Source: Pasteurella multocida
Lineage (GTDB): Bacteria > Pseudomonadota > Gammaproteobacteria > Enterobacterales > Pasteurellaceae
Assembly: GCF_900187275.1 (NCBI RefSeq)
Contig: NZ_LT906458.1
Location: 1,950,001-1,982,000 of the forward strand
Reading direction: 5' to 3'
DNA: 32,000 nt
Shown piece after piece: positions 19,994 to 29,247 of this stretch; the first letter of the stretch is position 1, and each line of letters begins with the position of its first letter. The notes beneath the pieces are model-generated. The model was not told the origin of the DNA. It did not search any database and saw only the letters and a program-made list of their open reading frames with translations. The translations under genes were made by a program, and so were the position numbers.

Positions 19994-21298
19994 TCAGTGG
20001 TGGCTGAGAGAAAGATGTTTCGTTTCTTTGATTTGCATAACTGCAAAGAAAGAGATTAGGGCATTGAGCGCTAAATAAATGCCCACACCAATCAAACCAA
20101 CGTGCGCATTGATTTTCATTGCCACCATGGTCGCGACACTAGCGCCTAAAATGCCCGCGAGGTTATAGGCTAATGAGGCACCAGAGTAACGCACTTCCGT
20201 CGGAAACAGTTCGGGGAGTAATACGGCCATTGGACCAAAAGACATCCCCATAATGATAAAACCAACAGCTAAGAACATGAAAACGCTTGTTGCGCTTCCT
20301 TCGCTTAAAAAGAGGGGTAATGCCAGTCCAAAAAGGCAGGTGGCGAAACTGACCCACAGCATTAAGCGCCGGCGTCCGATTTTATCCGCATAAATGCCCG
20401 AGAAAACAATAGAAATGGCAAAGATCACCGAAGTAATTAATAAAAAAGCGGTGAAGGTTTTTGCTGGTAAACCTAATCCCATTGGATGCCCGGCGGGTGA
20501 TAATGTGGTTGGGCTTTTGGCATAAATTTGGGCAAAGGCAGCTAAGATATAAAACAGCACATAGCCTGCAGTTGCTAAAAATACTCCACTTAGGAAAGGT
20601 TTAAGATGTTGGCGAAACACCACACGAACCGGAAATGCATGCGTTTTGCCTTCTTTTTCGACTTGAAAAAATACCGCACTTTCGTGAATTTTCGCGCGCA
20701 CATACCAACCAATCGCAATTAATACCGCAGACGCAATAAAAGGTATTCGCCACGCCCATTCCACCAATGCCGCTTGTCCAAACAGTTGCCCAACCAGATA
20801 AAACGCAGCGTTGGCAAGTAATAAGCCAATCGGCGCACCGAGCTGTGGAAAAATACCATATCGTGCACGTTTTTCGGCGGGGGCATTCTCAATTGCCACT
20901 AAGGCCGCACCGCCCCATTCTCCTCCCAATCCAATACCTTGCCCAATTCGGCAAAGGCAAAGTAACACCGTCGCCCAAATTCCAATGCTTTGATATGTCG
21001 GCAGTAAGCCAATTGCTACTGTCGAAACGCCCATTAAGACCAGTGAGGCAATCAAGGTTTTTTTACGTCCAATTTTATCGCCAAAATGCCCAAATAATAA
21101 GGCGCCAATCGGGCGGGCAAAGAACGCCAATGCCAAGGTCGAAAGTGCCGCTAACTGATTGGAAACAGGATCATCGCCGTGGAAAAATTGTTGGTTAAAC
21201 ACCAAGACTGCTGCCATGGCATAAATGTAATTATCAAAATACTCAATGGCGGTTCCAACCATTGTGGCAAGGGCTACATTACGTGGATTATTGCGCAT
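19994..21298 (-). CDS. thiU: MFS transporter, metabolite:H+ symporter subfamily; candidate thiamin-related transporter linked to thiMDE
   Basis: 434 aa; FFARPIGALLFGHFGDKIGRKKTL and GIYADKIGRRR motifs; start overlaps the thiE stop region by 11 nt; symbol from remembered thiMDE-linked naming in Haemophilus/Pasteurella. Confidence 0.72.
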   Translation of the reverse strand: MRNNPRNVALATMVGTAIEYFDNYIYAMAAVLVFNQQFFHGDDPVSNQLAALSTLALAFFARPIGALLFGHFGDKIGRKKTLIASLVLMGVSTVAIGLLPTYQSIGIWATVLLCLCRIGQGIGLGGEWGGAALVAIENAPAEKRARYGIFPQLGAPIGLLLANAAFYLVGQLFGQAALVEWAWRIPFIASAVLIAIGWYVRAKIHESAVFFQVEKEGKTHAFPVRVVFRQHLKPFLSGVFLATAGYVLFYILAAFAQIYAKSPTTLSPAGHPMGLGLPAKTFTAFLLITSVIFAISIVFSGIYADKIGRRRLMLWVSFATCLFGLALPLFLSEGSATSVFMFLAVGFIIMGMSFGPMAVLLPELFPTEVRYSGASLAYNLAGILGASVATMVAMKINAHVGLIGVGIYLALNALISFFAVMQIKETKHLSLSHH

Positions 21299-21953
21299 TA
21301 CCCAGTAACTCCTTTACAGTTTTAGCAATATCGGCGGATTGTGTGATCGCGGAAATCACCGCTACGCCATTCGCGCCACGTTGGCGTAATTCCTCGGCAG
21401 TTTGTGCTGTCACACCGCCAATCGCCACGATTGGTTTGTCAATGCCGTGTGCCCGAATAGTTGACACAAAATCCACACCGACCACCGGTTTAGGATCTTC
21501 TTTTGATTGTGTGGGAAAAATAGGACCTGTACCAAAGTAATCAATCAACGGATTGGCTTGTGCTGCGATGCCTTGCTCAAGGGTATTGACGGAGGTGCCA
21601 ATAAAACAATGACTATGGCAAAGTGCGGCAACATCCGCCACCGCCATATCCGTCTGCCCCACATGAATTCCATCTGCGCCAATGTCAATGGCTAATTGCA
21701 CATCATCATTGACCACAAATGGCACCTGATATTGACGGCAGAGGTCGCGACATTGAATGGCTAATGCTTTGATTTTGTCGGGGTCTTGTAGGGCTTTTTT
21801 GCCTTTCTCACGGAATTGATAGCAAGTAATGCCACTTTGCAGCGCTTGTTGTAAAATGTTGAGTAAATTTTGGGCAGGATCACCGTCAAGATGTAAACAA
21901 TCTTGTGTACCAGCGATGAAATATAAGCGCATAAAGGCGTGGACTGGTTTCAT
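21288..21953 (-). CDS. thiE: Thiamine-phosphate synthase
   Basis: 221 aa; FVVNDDVQLAIDIGADGIHVGQTD, GTGPIFPTQSK, PIVAIGGV motifs. Confidence 0.95.
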   Translation of the reverse strand: MKPVHAFMRLYFIAGTQDCLHLDGDPAQNLLNILQQALQSGITCYQFREKGKKALQDPDKIKALAIQCRDLCRQYQVPFVVNDDVQLAIDIGADGIHVGQTDMAVADVAALCHSHCFIGTSVNTLEQGIAAQANPLIDYFGTGPIFPTQSKEDPKPVVGVDFVSTIRAHGIDKPIVAIGGVTAQTAEELRQRGANGVAVISAITQSADIAKTVKELLGNAQ

Positions 21954-21962
21954 CTTTTCTCC

Positions 21963-22784
21963 TTAACGGCTTTTTTGATTACATTCAGCATAAGCCCAAT
22001 GGTTTGTCGGTCCATGACCATGACCGATATTGAGCGGATGACTAATCGCAGCGGTTATAAAGGCTTTCGCGGTTTTTACTGCATCCACCACTTGTGCTCC
22101 TTTGGCTAATTCCGCGGCAATACAGGCTGAGAAGGTACAACCTGTCCCGTGAGTATGGCGCGTGTTAAAGCGCGGACTGTCGAAATGCAAGATTTCTGTT
22201 GGGGTTAACAACCAATCACGACAGACATCACTTTGTGAGTTTTCACTATGTCCCCCCTTGATCACCGCATGGCGTACACCCATTGCGCGTAATTTTTCTG
22301 CTGCTTCACAGGCGGTGTTATCATCGACAATGTTGATGCCTGTGAGTGCTTCTGCTTCGGGTAAATTGGGTGTGATAACTTCAGCTTTTGGCACCAATAA
22401 GGTGCGCAATGCCTCTACAGCATCAGGTTCTAACAAGGCAGCACCGCCTTTGGCGTACATGACGGGATCCAATACCATTCTGCCAAAATCATATTTTTTG
22501 AGTGCGTGAGCGATACATTCGATAATCGCTGTATTGCCTAACATGCCGATTTTGAATGCATTCACTTGGTAATCGTCTGCAATGGCTTTTAATTGCCCTT
22601 CAATAATATTCAATGGCACCGGATGAATATCATATACACCAAGACTATTTTGCACGGGAATGGCAGTAATGGTGGTCATGCCAAAAACACGTTGCATCTG
22701 GAAAGTTTTTAAATCCGCTTGGAAACCTGCGCCACCACAATTATCTGAGCCAGCGATGGTTAAGGCGATAGGAATGTTACTCAT
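21963..22784 (-). CDS. thiD: Hydroxymethylpyrimidine/phosphomethylpyrimidine kinase
   Basis: Likely start [28 protein letters not shown] (CAT 22782-22784) within ORF 21963..22865; [13 protein letters not shown]-terminus. Confidence 0.95.
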   Translation of the reverse strand: MSNIPIALTIAGSDNCGGAGFQADLKTFQMQRVFGMTTITAIPVQNSLGVYDIHPVPLNIIEGQLKAIADDYQVNAFKIGMLGNTAIIECIAHALKKYDFGRMVLDPVMYAKGGAALLEPDAVEALRTLLVPKAEVITPNLPEAEALTGINIVDDNTACEAAEKLRAMGVRHAVIKGGHSENSQSDVCRDWLLTPTEILHFDSPRFNTRHTHGTGCTFSACIAAELAKGAQVVDAVKTAKAFITAAISHPLNIGHGHGPTNHWAYAECNQKSR

Positions 22785-23580
22785 AAGAAATCCTTGCATA
22801 TTGATTGATTGTTTCAAGTGAAAGGTGGGCAAGTTGATCCAGCAAGCCCACATAAAATTGTCCATGTTGTGTTGTTTTTAATCCTTGCGCAGCAAGTTCA
22901 CCAGCAATGGCATAGGCAGTGCAAGCTTCTAACATGGCATCAAAATACTGTTCAGGTTTCGCTACCGCTAAAAAGGCACCACACACCGCACTTAATAAGC
23001 AACCTGACGCGGTGATTTTTGGAAATAAGGGCGTACCATTATGGATTTGCGCATGGTGTTCGCCATCACTAAGATAATCAGTCGCGCCGCTTATCATGGC
23101 AATGCATTGGTATGTTTTTGCCACGATATGCGCAATCTGTGCTAAATCGGCTTCGCCCGATCCCGCGTCCACTCCTTTCGCTTGCCAATTCACCTCTGCG
23201 ATTGTCGCTAGCTCACCAGCATTACCACGAATGGCAGCAAATTTGACTTCTTTTAGTAGCCTTGCCACCGTTTGTTTGCGGAAGGTGATTGCGCCAACAC
23301 CAACCGGATCAAGCACCACGGGAATACCTACTTCATTGGCTGTTTTACCCGCTAAGACCATGGCATCGACTTCTTTGCCCATTAAGGTACCAATGTTGAT
23401 CACTAGCGCTTGGCTAAGACGAGGTACTTCGTGCATTTCTTCCATTGCCGCAGACATCAGCGGTGAGGCACCAATCGCTAACAGTCCGTTAGCGGAAAAA
23501 TTCGCCGCTACCACGTTAGTGATATTGTGGATAAGGGGATTTTGGGATCGGATTTGTTGTAAGTATGTTGTGTTTAGCAT
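22777..23580 (-). CDS. thiM: Hydroxyethylthiazole kinase
   Basis: 267 aa; [51 protein letters not shown]. Confidence 0.96.
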   Translation of the reverse strand: MLNTTYLQQIRSQNPLIHNITNVVAANFSANGLLAIGASPLMSAAMEEMHEVPRLSQALVINIGTLMGKEVDAMVLAGKTANEVGIPVVLDPVGVGAITFRKQTVARLLKEVKFAAIRGNAGELATIAEVNWQAKGVDAGSGEADLAQIAHIVAKTYQCIAMISGATDYLSDGEHHAQIHNGTPLFPKITASGCLLSAVCGAFLAVAKPEQYFDAMLEACTAYAIAGELAAQGLKTTQHGQFYVGLLDQLAHLSLETINQYARISYE

Positions 23581-23642
23581 GTTGTTTGTTACTTTTGGGT
23601 TAGGTTTTTGTATTATTTATCGGCTTTCGCCCGATGGGCGAC

Positions 23643-23674
23643 CTTCTTTCTTTTGTTTGCCGAAAAGAAAGAAG
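23643..23674. repeat. Long perfect palindrome in thiM/thiY intergenic region
   Basis: CTTCTTTCTTTT(23643-23654) GTTTGCCG AAAAGAAAGAAG(23663-23674). Confidence 0.9.
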
Positions 23675-24031
23675 GCAAAGAAAAAGGCACCCCCGATTAA
23701 GTTGCTGGACCTCATTTCACCCTCATTTTATTCATAGAATGTGAGCAGACTACGTACTACTACATTGGTGTCACTTTCCTAACAATCATGTTACCGTATG
23801 GGCAACGTACAGGTAGAAAGTGTCTTGTTACGTGTTTAATCAGAAACTTTCCAAAAATGCACCGCACTTTCGATTATCTTTGGGTGAACCACTTCCCCGT
23901 GTAAGTTGCCCGAAGGGAAAAGACATTTTTAAGAAAATAACGTTGCGCAACGAAGTGAAGACAACTTATTTTCTGTTAAAAAAATGGCTTTGACATGAGG
24001 ACCAACAACTTAGTCGGGTCGCCTTTCTTTG

Positions 24032-24063
24032 CTTACTTTCTTTGGCGAAGCAAAGAAAGTAAG
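24032..24063. repeat. Long perfect palindrome immediately 3' of thiY
   Basis: CTTACTTTCTTTG(24032-24044) GCGAAG CAAAGAAAGTAAG(24051-24063). Confidence 0.92.
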
Positions 24064-24066
24064 AAA

Positions 24067-25014
24067 TCATTTAATCTCTACCGCATAATCGGATAATGGT
24101 TTCACCACTTTCGTCAACCCGTTCGCTTTCAGGAATTCTGCCATGCGCTCATAGCGGTGGCTATCTAACGCTCTTGGACGTAAAGCTAAACGGGGTAAAG
24201 TATCTGTCCACGCAAGACGGTTGAGATCATTGTTTAATTCTTTTTCCTTGTAAGCCACAAATGCCTCCCACGCGGCTTGCGGGTGATTTAAGGTATAGAT
24301 GGTGGCTTGCTCAAGTGCGGTTAAAAATTTGCTGATTTTCTCTGTCGGCATTGTATTTTTATTCGCAACCAAAATGAGCTCATCGTACACTGGGACGCCA
24401 TGTTCTTCCGGATAGAACGCCCGTCCCGGTTGTTTTTCTAATTTCATTTGGTTTAATTCAAAGTTACGGAAACCGCCGATTACAGCATCCACTTGACCAC
24501 TTATTAATGACGGTGAAAGTGACCAGTTAACGTTGACCATTTCGATATCTTTATCCGTTAAGTTTGCCGAACCTAACATCGCTTTTAATAAGGAATCTTC
24601 GAAACCACTGACGGAATAACCAATTTTTTTGCCTTTTAAATCGGCAAGGCTTTTAATTGCACTTTTTTCTAACACAATTAAGCTGTTAAGCGGCGTTGCC
24701 ACTAAGGTGCCAACACGGGTGAGTGGTAAATCTTCTGCCACTTGAATTTGTAACTGGGGTTGATAATCCACCGCTAAATCCGCTTTTCCTGCAGCCACTA
24801 ATTTAGGTGGTAGAGAGGGATCAGCAGGCTCTACAATTTCAACGTCTAACCCCTGTTGAGCAAAATAGCCTTTTTGTTGTGCTACGATAATTGCTGCATG
24901 GTCAGGGTTGACGAACCAATCAAGTAATAAGGTGAGTTTTTCTTTGGCGGATACCGACAGGCTTACTCCCATGGCAAATGCGACAGTAAGGGTTTTTTTC
25001 ACGAGTTTTTGCAT
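24067..25014 (-). CDS. thiY: ThiY-like pyrimidine-precursor ABC transporter substrate-binding protein (NMT1/THI5-like)
   Basis: 315 aa; LTLLLDWFVNPDHAAIIVAQQKGYFAQQGLDVEIVEPADPSLPPKLVAAGKADLAVDYQPQ; TPP-riboswitch operon context. Confidence 0.88.
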   Translation of the reverse strand: MQKLVKKTLTVAFAMGVSLSVSAKEKLTLLLDWFVNPDHAAIIVAQQKGYFAQQGLDVEIVEPADPSLPPKLVAAGKADLAVDYQPQLQIQVAEDLPLTRVGTLVATPLNSLIVLEKSAIKSLADLKGKKIGYSVSGFEDSLLKAMLGSANLTDKDIEMVNVNWSLSPSLISGQVDAVIGGFRNFELNQMKLEKQPGRAFYPEEHGVPVYDELILVANKNTMPTEKISKFLTALEQATIYTLNHPQAAWEAFVAYKEKELNNDLNRLAWTDTLPRLALRPRALDSHRYERMAEFLKANGLTKVVKPLSDYAVEIK

Positions 25015-25036
25015 TTTTTGTCTCCTTTTTTATTTT

Positions 25037-25723
25037 TTAACTTAAATCCAATCCCATTTGCCAAAACGCTGATTCCATGCGTGTGGCGGTATTAAAAATC
25101 TGTTGTAATTTAGCAAGCTGTGCTTCAGAGCGATCCGCACAAAGTGCATCTAAGGTAGCGATTGCGTTTTGTGCTGCATTTTGGAATTCTTCGCCAGAAT
25201 AGGTATCAATCCATGCTTGGTAAGGGTTGTTTGCTGGGCTTTTGCCACTTTCTACAATATGCTTTGCAATCACGGCATAACCAATCGCACAAGGGGCTAG
25301 CGCGGTATAAAGTTCAGCTAAACCGCCCGTCATACCCGCATCTAAGACATAACGGGTGTAAGCCACACAAGCGGCAGATTCTTCCGTGCGAAATAAGGTG
25401 TTTTCATCAATACCCCAGCTTTCACAGTATTGAATGTGTAGCTGAATTTCATGTAACAGAGCACTAATGGCATCTTGTGCGGCTTTCATTTGTGCAAAGT
25501 TGTCTGCTTTGTAAATCCCTAAGGACAAAGCACGGTTATATTGAAATAAAAATAAATAATCTTGTTTTAAATAGTGCTGAAAACACGCTTTCGGCAAGGT
25601 ACCATCGGCTAACTGTTGCACAAAAGGGTGGTGGATATAATCCAGCCAATAGCGCCCTGAATTGTTGATAAGTTGTTGTGTTGTGGACATGGTTTTTCCT
25701 TTTCTTGCTAAAACGTTTTTCAA
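25037..25723 (-). CDS. tenA: Aminopyrimidine aminohydrolase / thiaminase II (TenA family)
   Basis: 228 aa; HHPFVQQLADGTLP, FQHYLKQDYLFL, YTRYVLDAG, CAIGYAVIA, WIDTYSGEEF. Confidence 0.92.
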   Translation of the reverse strand: MKNVLARKGKTMSTTQQLINNSGRYWLDYIHHPFVQQLADGTLPKACFQHYLKQDYLFLFQYNRALSLGIYKADNFAQMKAAQDAISALLHEIQLHIQYCESWGIDENTLFRTEESAACVAYTRYVLDAGMTGGLAELYTALAPCAIGYAVIAKHIVESGKSPANNPYQAWIDTYSGEEFQNAAQNAIATLDALCADRSEAQLAKLQQIFNTATRMESAFWQMGLDLS

Positions 25724-25762
25724 ATTGACCGCACTTTATCTGGCATCGCCATGATCTGTGTT

Positions 25763-26527
25763 TTATTTAATGTATTGCACCCAAGGTAGCCACTTCCTGA
25801 GGAAATAATCCACGCTGAAATACAAGACGAGGCTGATGACCATCAAAATTAATAAGGCAGAGAACATTAAATCCACCTGCATTCTGGCGTTAGCGTGTAA
25901 CATTAAATACCCTAATCCTTGTGAAGACCCCACCCATTCGCCGACAATCGCGCCAATCGGTGCCACAGAAACGGCAATACGTAAGCCAGAAGCAAAGGAA
26001 GGTAGCGCGGCGGGAAGGCGCACTTTAAATAACATTGCGCTTGCTGAAACCTGCATGGTTTTTGCCAATTCCAACCATTGCATCGAGGTGTTACGTAAGC
26101 CGTCGTAACAGGCAGCTGTCACGGGGAAATAAATGATCAAAATCGTCATCACAATTTTAGAGGCTAACCCATAGCCAAACCAAAGCACCAGCAAAGGCGC
26201 AATGGCGAACACTGGAATGGCTTGGGAAATGACTAACAGGGGTAATAATAATTTAGATAAATAATCAGATGCGCTGAGTAACAGTGCGGAGATAAGCCCC
26301 AAAGACAAGCCAAGGAATAAGCCTAAACCAATTTCAAGTAAGGTAATTTGGCTGTGTTGCCACAATAAATCATAGCGATTGTGTAATTGCGCAAGCACAT
26401 CATTCGGTGGTGGCAACATGTAGCGTGGAATGTCGAAAAAAAACACCGCACTTTGCCATAGCGCTAACAACATCAAGCTTAATAGCACAACATGGATAAG
26501 CGGCTTAATTTTCATGTTGCCCCTCAA
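25763..26527 (-). CDS. thiX: ABC transporter permease for thiamin precursor (ThiX-like)
   Basis: 254 aa BPD_transp_1; ALPSFASGLRIAVSVAPIGAIVGEWVGSSQGLGYLM; start may be MKIKPLIHVV (26515). Confidence 0.85.
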   Translation of the reverse strand: MRGNMKIKPLIHVVLLSLMLLALWQSAVFFFDIPRYMLPPPNDVLAQLHNRYDLLWQHSQITLLEIGLGLFLGLSLGLISALLLSASDYLSKLLLPLLVISQAIPVFAIAPLLVLWFGYGLASKIVMTILIIYFPVTAACYDGLRNTSMQWLELAKTMQVSASAMLFKVRLPAALPSFASGLRIAVSVAPIGAIVGEWVGSSQGLGYLMLHANARMQVDLMFSALLILMVISLVLYFSVDYFLRKWLPWVQYIK

Positions 26528-27233
26528 TCAGTTGTGCTAATAATTGTTCTTGTAATAGCCAAAGATCCTGTTGACCAAGTTGTCTTGGCGGCGCACTGCT
26601 AAGTTCGATAGGCTCAGACAAGCGAGCTGGTTGGTTTTTTAGTACATAAATCGTGTCGCTTAAACGGATCGCTTCTTGCGGATCATGGGTAATCAGCAAC
26701 ACCGTTTTATGCTTGAGTAGATCACAAGCCAGATCTTGTAATTGAATACGGGTGACGGCGTCCAATGCCGAAAAAGGTTCATCCATTAAAATGGTATTGG
26801 CGTCTTGCATTAACGTGCGCGCTAAGGCGACACGTTGACGCTGACCGCCAGAAAGCTGATAGCAAGATTTATGCCAGTGATTTGCCATTTTGACTGCGGT
26901 GAGCAGGGCTTTGGCTTTTTCCTCACTTTGTTTATTCTTTTTTCCTTGTAAGTGTAAATGCAATTGCACATTGTCAAGCACGGATAACCAAGGATAAAGC
27001 GCATCTTGTTGCGCCATATAGCTAATCTGTTGTGTGGGTGACAGTACAATTTCACCTTCCGTTATAGCGTGATTTTCTAATCCAGCAATGGCACGGACTA
27101 AAGTGGATTTTCCGATGCCTGATGCGCCTAATAGGGTAGTCCATTTCCCTTTAGGTAACACGAAATTAAAACCAGCAAAGAGAGGTTGCTGATTATAGCT
27201 TAGGCGTAAATCACGGATCTCAACGGCAGACAT
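26505..27233 (-). CDS. thiZ: ABC transporter ATPase for thiamin precursor (ThiZ-like)
   Basis: 242 aa; Walker A GASGIGKSTLVRA, signature LSGGQRQRVALARTL, Walker B TILMDEPFSALD. Confidence 0.87.
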   Translation of the reverse strand: MSAVEIRDLRLSYNQQPLFAGFNFVLPKGKWTTLLGASGIGKSTLVRAIAGLENHAITEGEIVLSPTQQISYMAQQDALYPWLSVLDNVQLHLHLQGKKNKQSEEKAKALLTAVKMANHWHKSCYQLSGGQRQRVALARTLMQDANTILMDEPFSALDAVTRIQLQDLACDLLKHKTVLLITHDPQEAIRLSDTIYVLKNQPARLSEPIELSSAPPRQLGQQDLWLLQEQLLAQLIEGQHEN

Positions 27234-27328
27234 GGGCAGAAACCAAGAGGTTAGCGCTTAGCGTTGAAAAAATGAAATGAGATCGGAATGAAGAATGAAA
27301 AAATATGATCGGATTATTGGCATAATTA

Positions 27329-27410
27329 GTTTCCTACGTCAGTGTTAGCTGTATCAGGTTCACGGGTATCATCTCAGCTTTGTACAATTTGGTTACAAAG
27401 CACCCCGACT
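27329..27410 (-). promoter_or_regulatory. TPP riboswitch (THI element)
   Basis: Minus-strand RNA AGUCGGGGUGCUUUGUAACCAAAUUGUACAAAGCUGAGAUGAUACCCGUGAACCUGAUACAGCUAACACUGACGUAGGAAA; conserved GGGGUGC, GCUGAGAU, ACCC, GAACCUGAU, CGUAGGAAA. Confidence 0.95.
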
Positions 27411-27466
27411 AAAGTGAAATAAGACTACCTTTTTTCGTCAAAAAGAGAAGAATTTTGTTAAAAAAT

Positions 27467-27482
27467 TGTGATCTTTGTCACG
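27467..27482. promoter_or_regulatory. Candidate CRP site upstream of the TPP-riboswitch operon
   Basis: TGTGATCTTTGTCACG; 9/10 half-site match to TGTGA-N6-TCACA, about 57 nt upstream of the riboswitch 5' edge. Confidence 0.4.
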
Positions 27483-27504
27483 GAATTAATCCTATGTTGC
27501 TTGT

Positions 27505-29154
27505 TTATTGTGCTGTGTTGTCTTTCTGTGGTTGTGCCTCTGGGGTATCGGCTTTAATCACGTCTAAACGTTCTGATTCTACGGCATGGTGTAGCAGTTC
27601 GACATTGGGCATGGTTTTGTTGGCTTTAGCAGAAAGATCTTTAAAACGTTCGACTTTACCGACCAGACCTTGCTGCCCAACCAATGCTGTCACGGTGCTG
27701 TTGTAATGGCTACTCGCAGAGGACAGGGTGTTGCCCAGTTTGCCTAAGCGTTCAGCAATGACACAGATTTGGTTGTAAATATCACCCGCCCGCGCGCTGA
27801 TCTCTTTCGCTTCGGCATTGCCTCGCTCAATTCGCCACAAGTTTGCCACGGTGCGTAAAATTGGCATAAGGGTCGTGTGGGATACTAAAATGACGTTTTT
27901 CTCATAACCGTAATTAAACAACGTTGGATCCATTTTCATGGCTTCAATGTAGGCAGGTTCGACGGCAATAAACATCAGTACAAAATTCGGGCTACGCATG
28001 CCAATTAAATTGCTGTAATCCTTGCGTGAAAGGTCATCAATATGGTTCTTGATCGCTTTAATATGTTCTCGCAATTTATTTTGGCGTTTGAGATCATCTT
28101 CTGCATTGACCGCACTTTCATAAGCAACAAGCGACATTTTGCTATCGATGATTAAATGTTTGTTATCAGGTAAATTCAGCACAAAATCGGGGTAATTGTG
28201 TTTCCCCTCGCCGTCTTTGAAATGCGCTTGAGCGCTGTAATGTTCTCCTTCTAACAAGCCCGCTAATTGCAAGGCACGTTCCAGTTGTACCTCGCCCCAG
28301 TTGCCTAAGGTTTTCTTTTCACCTTTTAAGGCAGAGGTGAGGTTATCTGCTTGTTGCGACATATTTAAGCCGATTTCTAACACTTTTTTGATTTCTGCCT
28401 CTAAGCCGGCATTGCCTTTCACCGATTCAGAATGGATTTCATTGACCCGTTTTTGGAACCCTTCGATTTGTTCACGGAACGGTTTAAGCAAGCTATCTAG
28501 CGCAGTTTGATTGCTTTGGCTAAAGCTACGGCTTTTTTCGTCTAAAATGCGGTTAGCGAGGTTTTGAAATTCAGTGCTCAGTTGTTGCTTACTTTGTTCG
28601 ATATGTTGTTGTTGCTCAGCAAAGTGTTTTTCTTTTTCGCTTAAGGTAGTTTTGAGTTCCGTCAATTCTTGCGAAAGTGCGGTCAATTTTGCCACTAATT
28701 CCTGATTTTCTTGTTCTTTACGGGTGAAATTGGCTTGGCTATGTTCAAGTTGTTTTGCCAAACTTTCCGCTTGAGCAGAGGCAATCCCAAAGCGTTCTTT
28801 GAGTGCGGTGATTTTTTCCGCAATGTCATTATGGCGAGCTTGTTCCTCATCTAACTCTTTTTGCAAATAGGCTAATTTGTCATCACGCTCAATCAAACGC
28901 ACTTGTAAACCTTCTGCGGTGGTTTGATATTTCACCACATGTTGTTCCAATTGATTTTTGGCTTGTTGAACCGCCTCAAATTTGCTTAATAATTGATTAA
29001 AATCCTCAATGGTTTTATTGAGATCCTGTTGTAGCTCTTGGCTATCACGTTGACGACGCGCGCTGATAAAAAATAGCACCACGCAACTGATGATAAGGAC
29101 AGCGATAATGAGCAAATATTGTGTGGTAGTGAGTTCAGACATGCGATTGACCAT
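27505..29154 (-). CDS. rmuC: DNA recombination protein RmuC
   Basis: 549 aa; N-terminal TM segment, long coiled coil, then nuclease-like domain NYPDFVLNLPDNKHLIIDSKMSLVAYE...NFVLMFIAVEPAYIEA. Confidence 0.94.
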   Translation of the reverse strand: MVNRMSELTTTQYLLIIAVLIISCVVLFFISARRQRDSQELQQDLNKTIEDFNQLLSKFEAVQQAKNQLEQHVVKYQTTAEGLQVRLIERDDKLAYLQKELDEEQARHNDIAEKITALKERFGIASAQAESLAKQLEHSQANFTRKEQENQELVAKLTALSQELTELKTTLSEKEKHFAEQQQHIEQSKQQLSTEFQNLANRILDEKSRSFSQSNQTALDSLLKPFREQIEGFQKRVNEIHSESVKGNAGLEAEIKKVLEIGLNMSQQADNLTSALKGEKKTLGNWGEVQLERALQLAGLLEGEHYSAQAHFKDGEGKHNYPDFVLNLPDNKHLIIDSKMSLVAYESAVNAEDDLKRQNKLREHIKAIKNHIDDLSRKDYSNLIGMRSPNFVLMFIAVEPAYIEAMKMDPTLFNYGYEKNVILVSHTTLMPILRTVANLWRIERGNAEAKEISARAGDIYNQICVIAERLGKLGNTLSSASSHYNSTVTALVGQQGLVGKVERFKDLSAKANKTMPNVELLHHAVESERLDVIKADTPEAQPQKDNTAQ

Positions 29155-29247
29155 TTTTGAAGAAAGTTAATTAGCGTTTAAAGTATAAAGGAATCTGGTG
29201 GATTTATCCTAACAGGTTATAATCTTTTTTATTTAGTCGGTGATCTT

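Noticed and set aside
20767-21198. 143-aa plus-strand ORF antisense to the MFS gene
   Set aside because: Complement of conserved transporter codons with no domain signature; a shadow ORF.
23096-23737. 213-aa plus-strand ORF across the thiM 5' end and adjacent gap
   Set aside because: Mostly antisense to thiM; its C-terminal part only translates the palindromic T/A-rich repeat. Considered as a novel gene but unsupported.
23590-24066. Possible insertion sequence
   Set aside because: No transposase frame, and the two palindromes are not matching terminal inverted repeats of each other, so only a repeat-like region is claimed.
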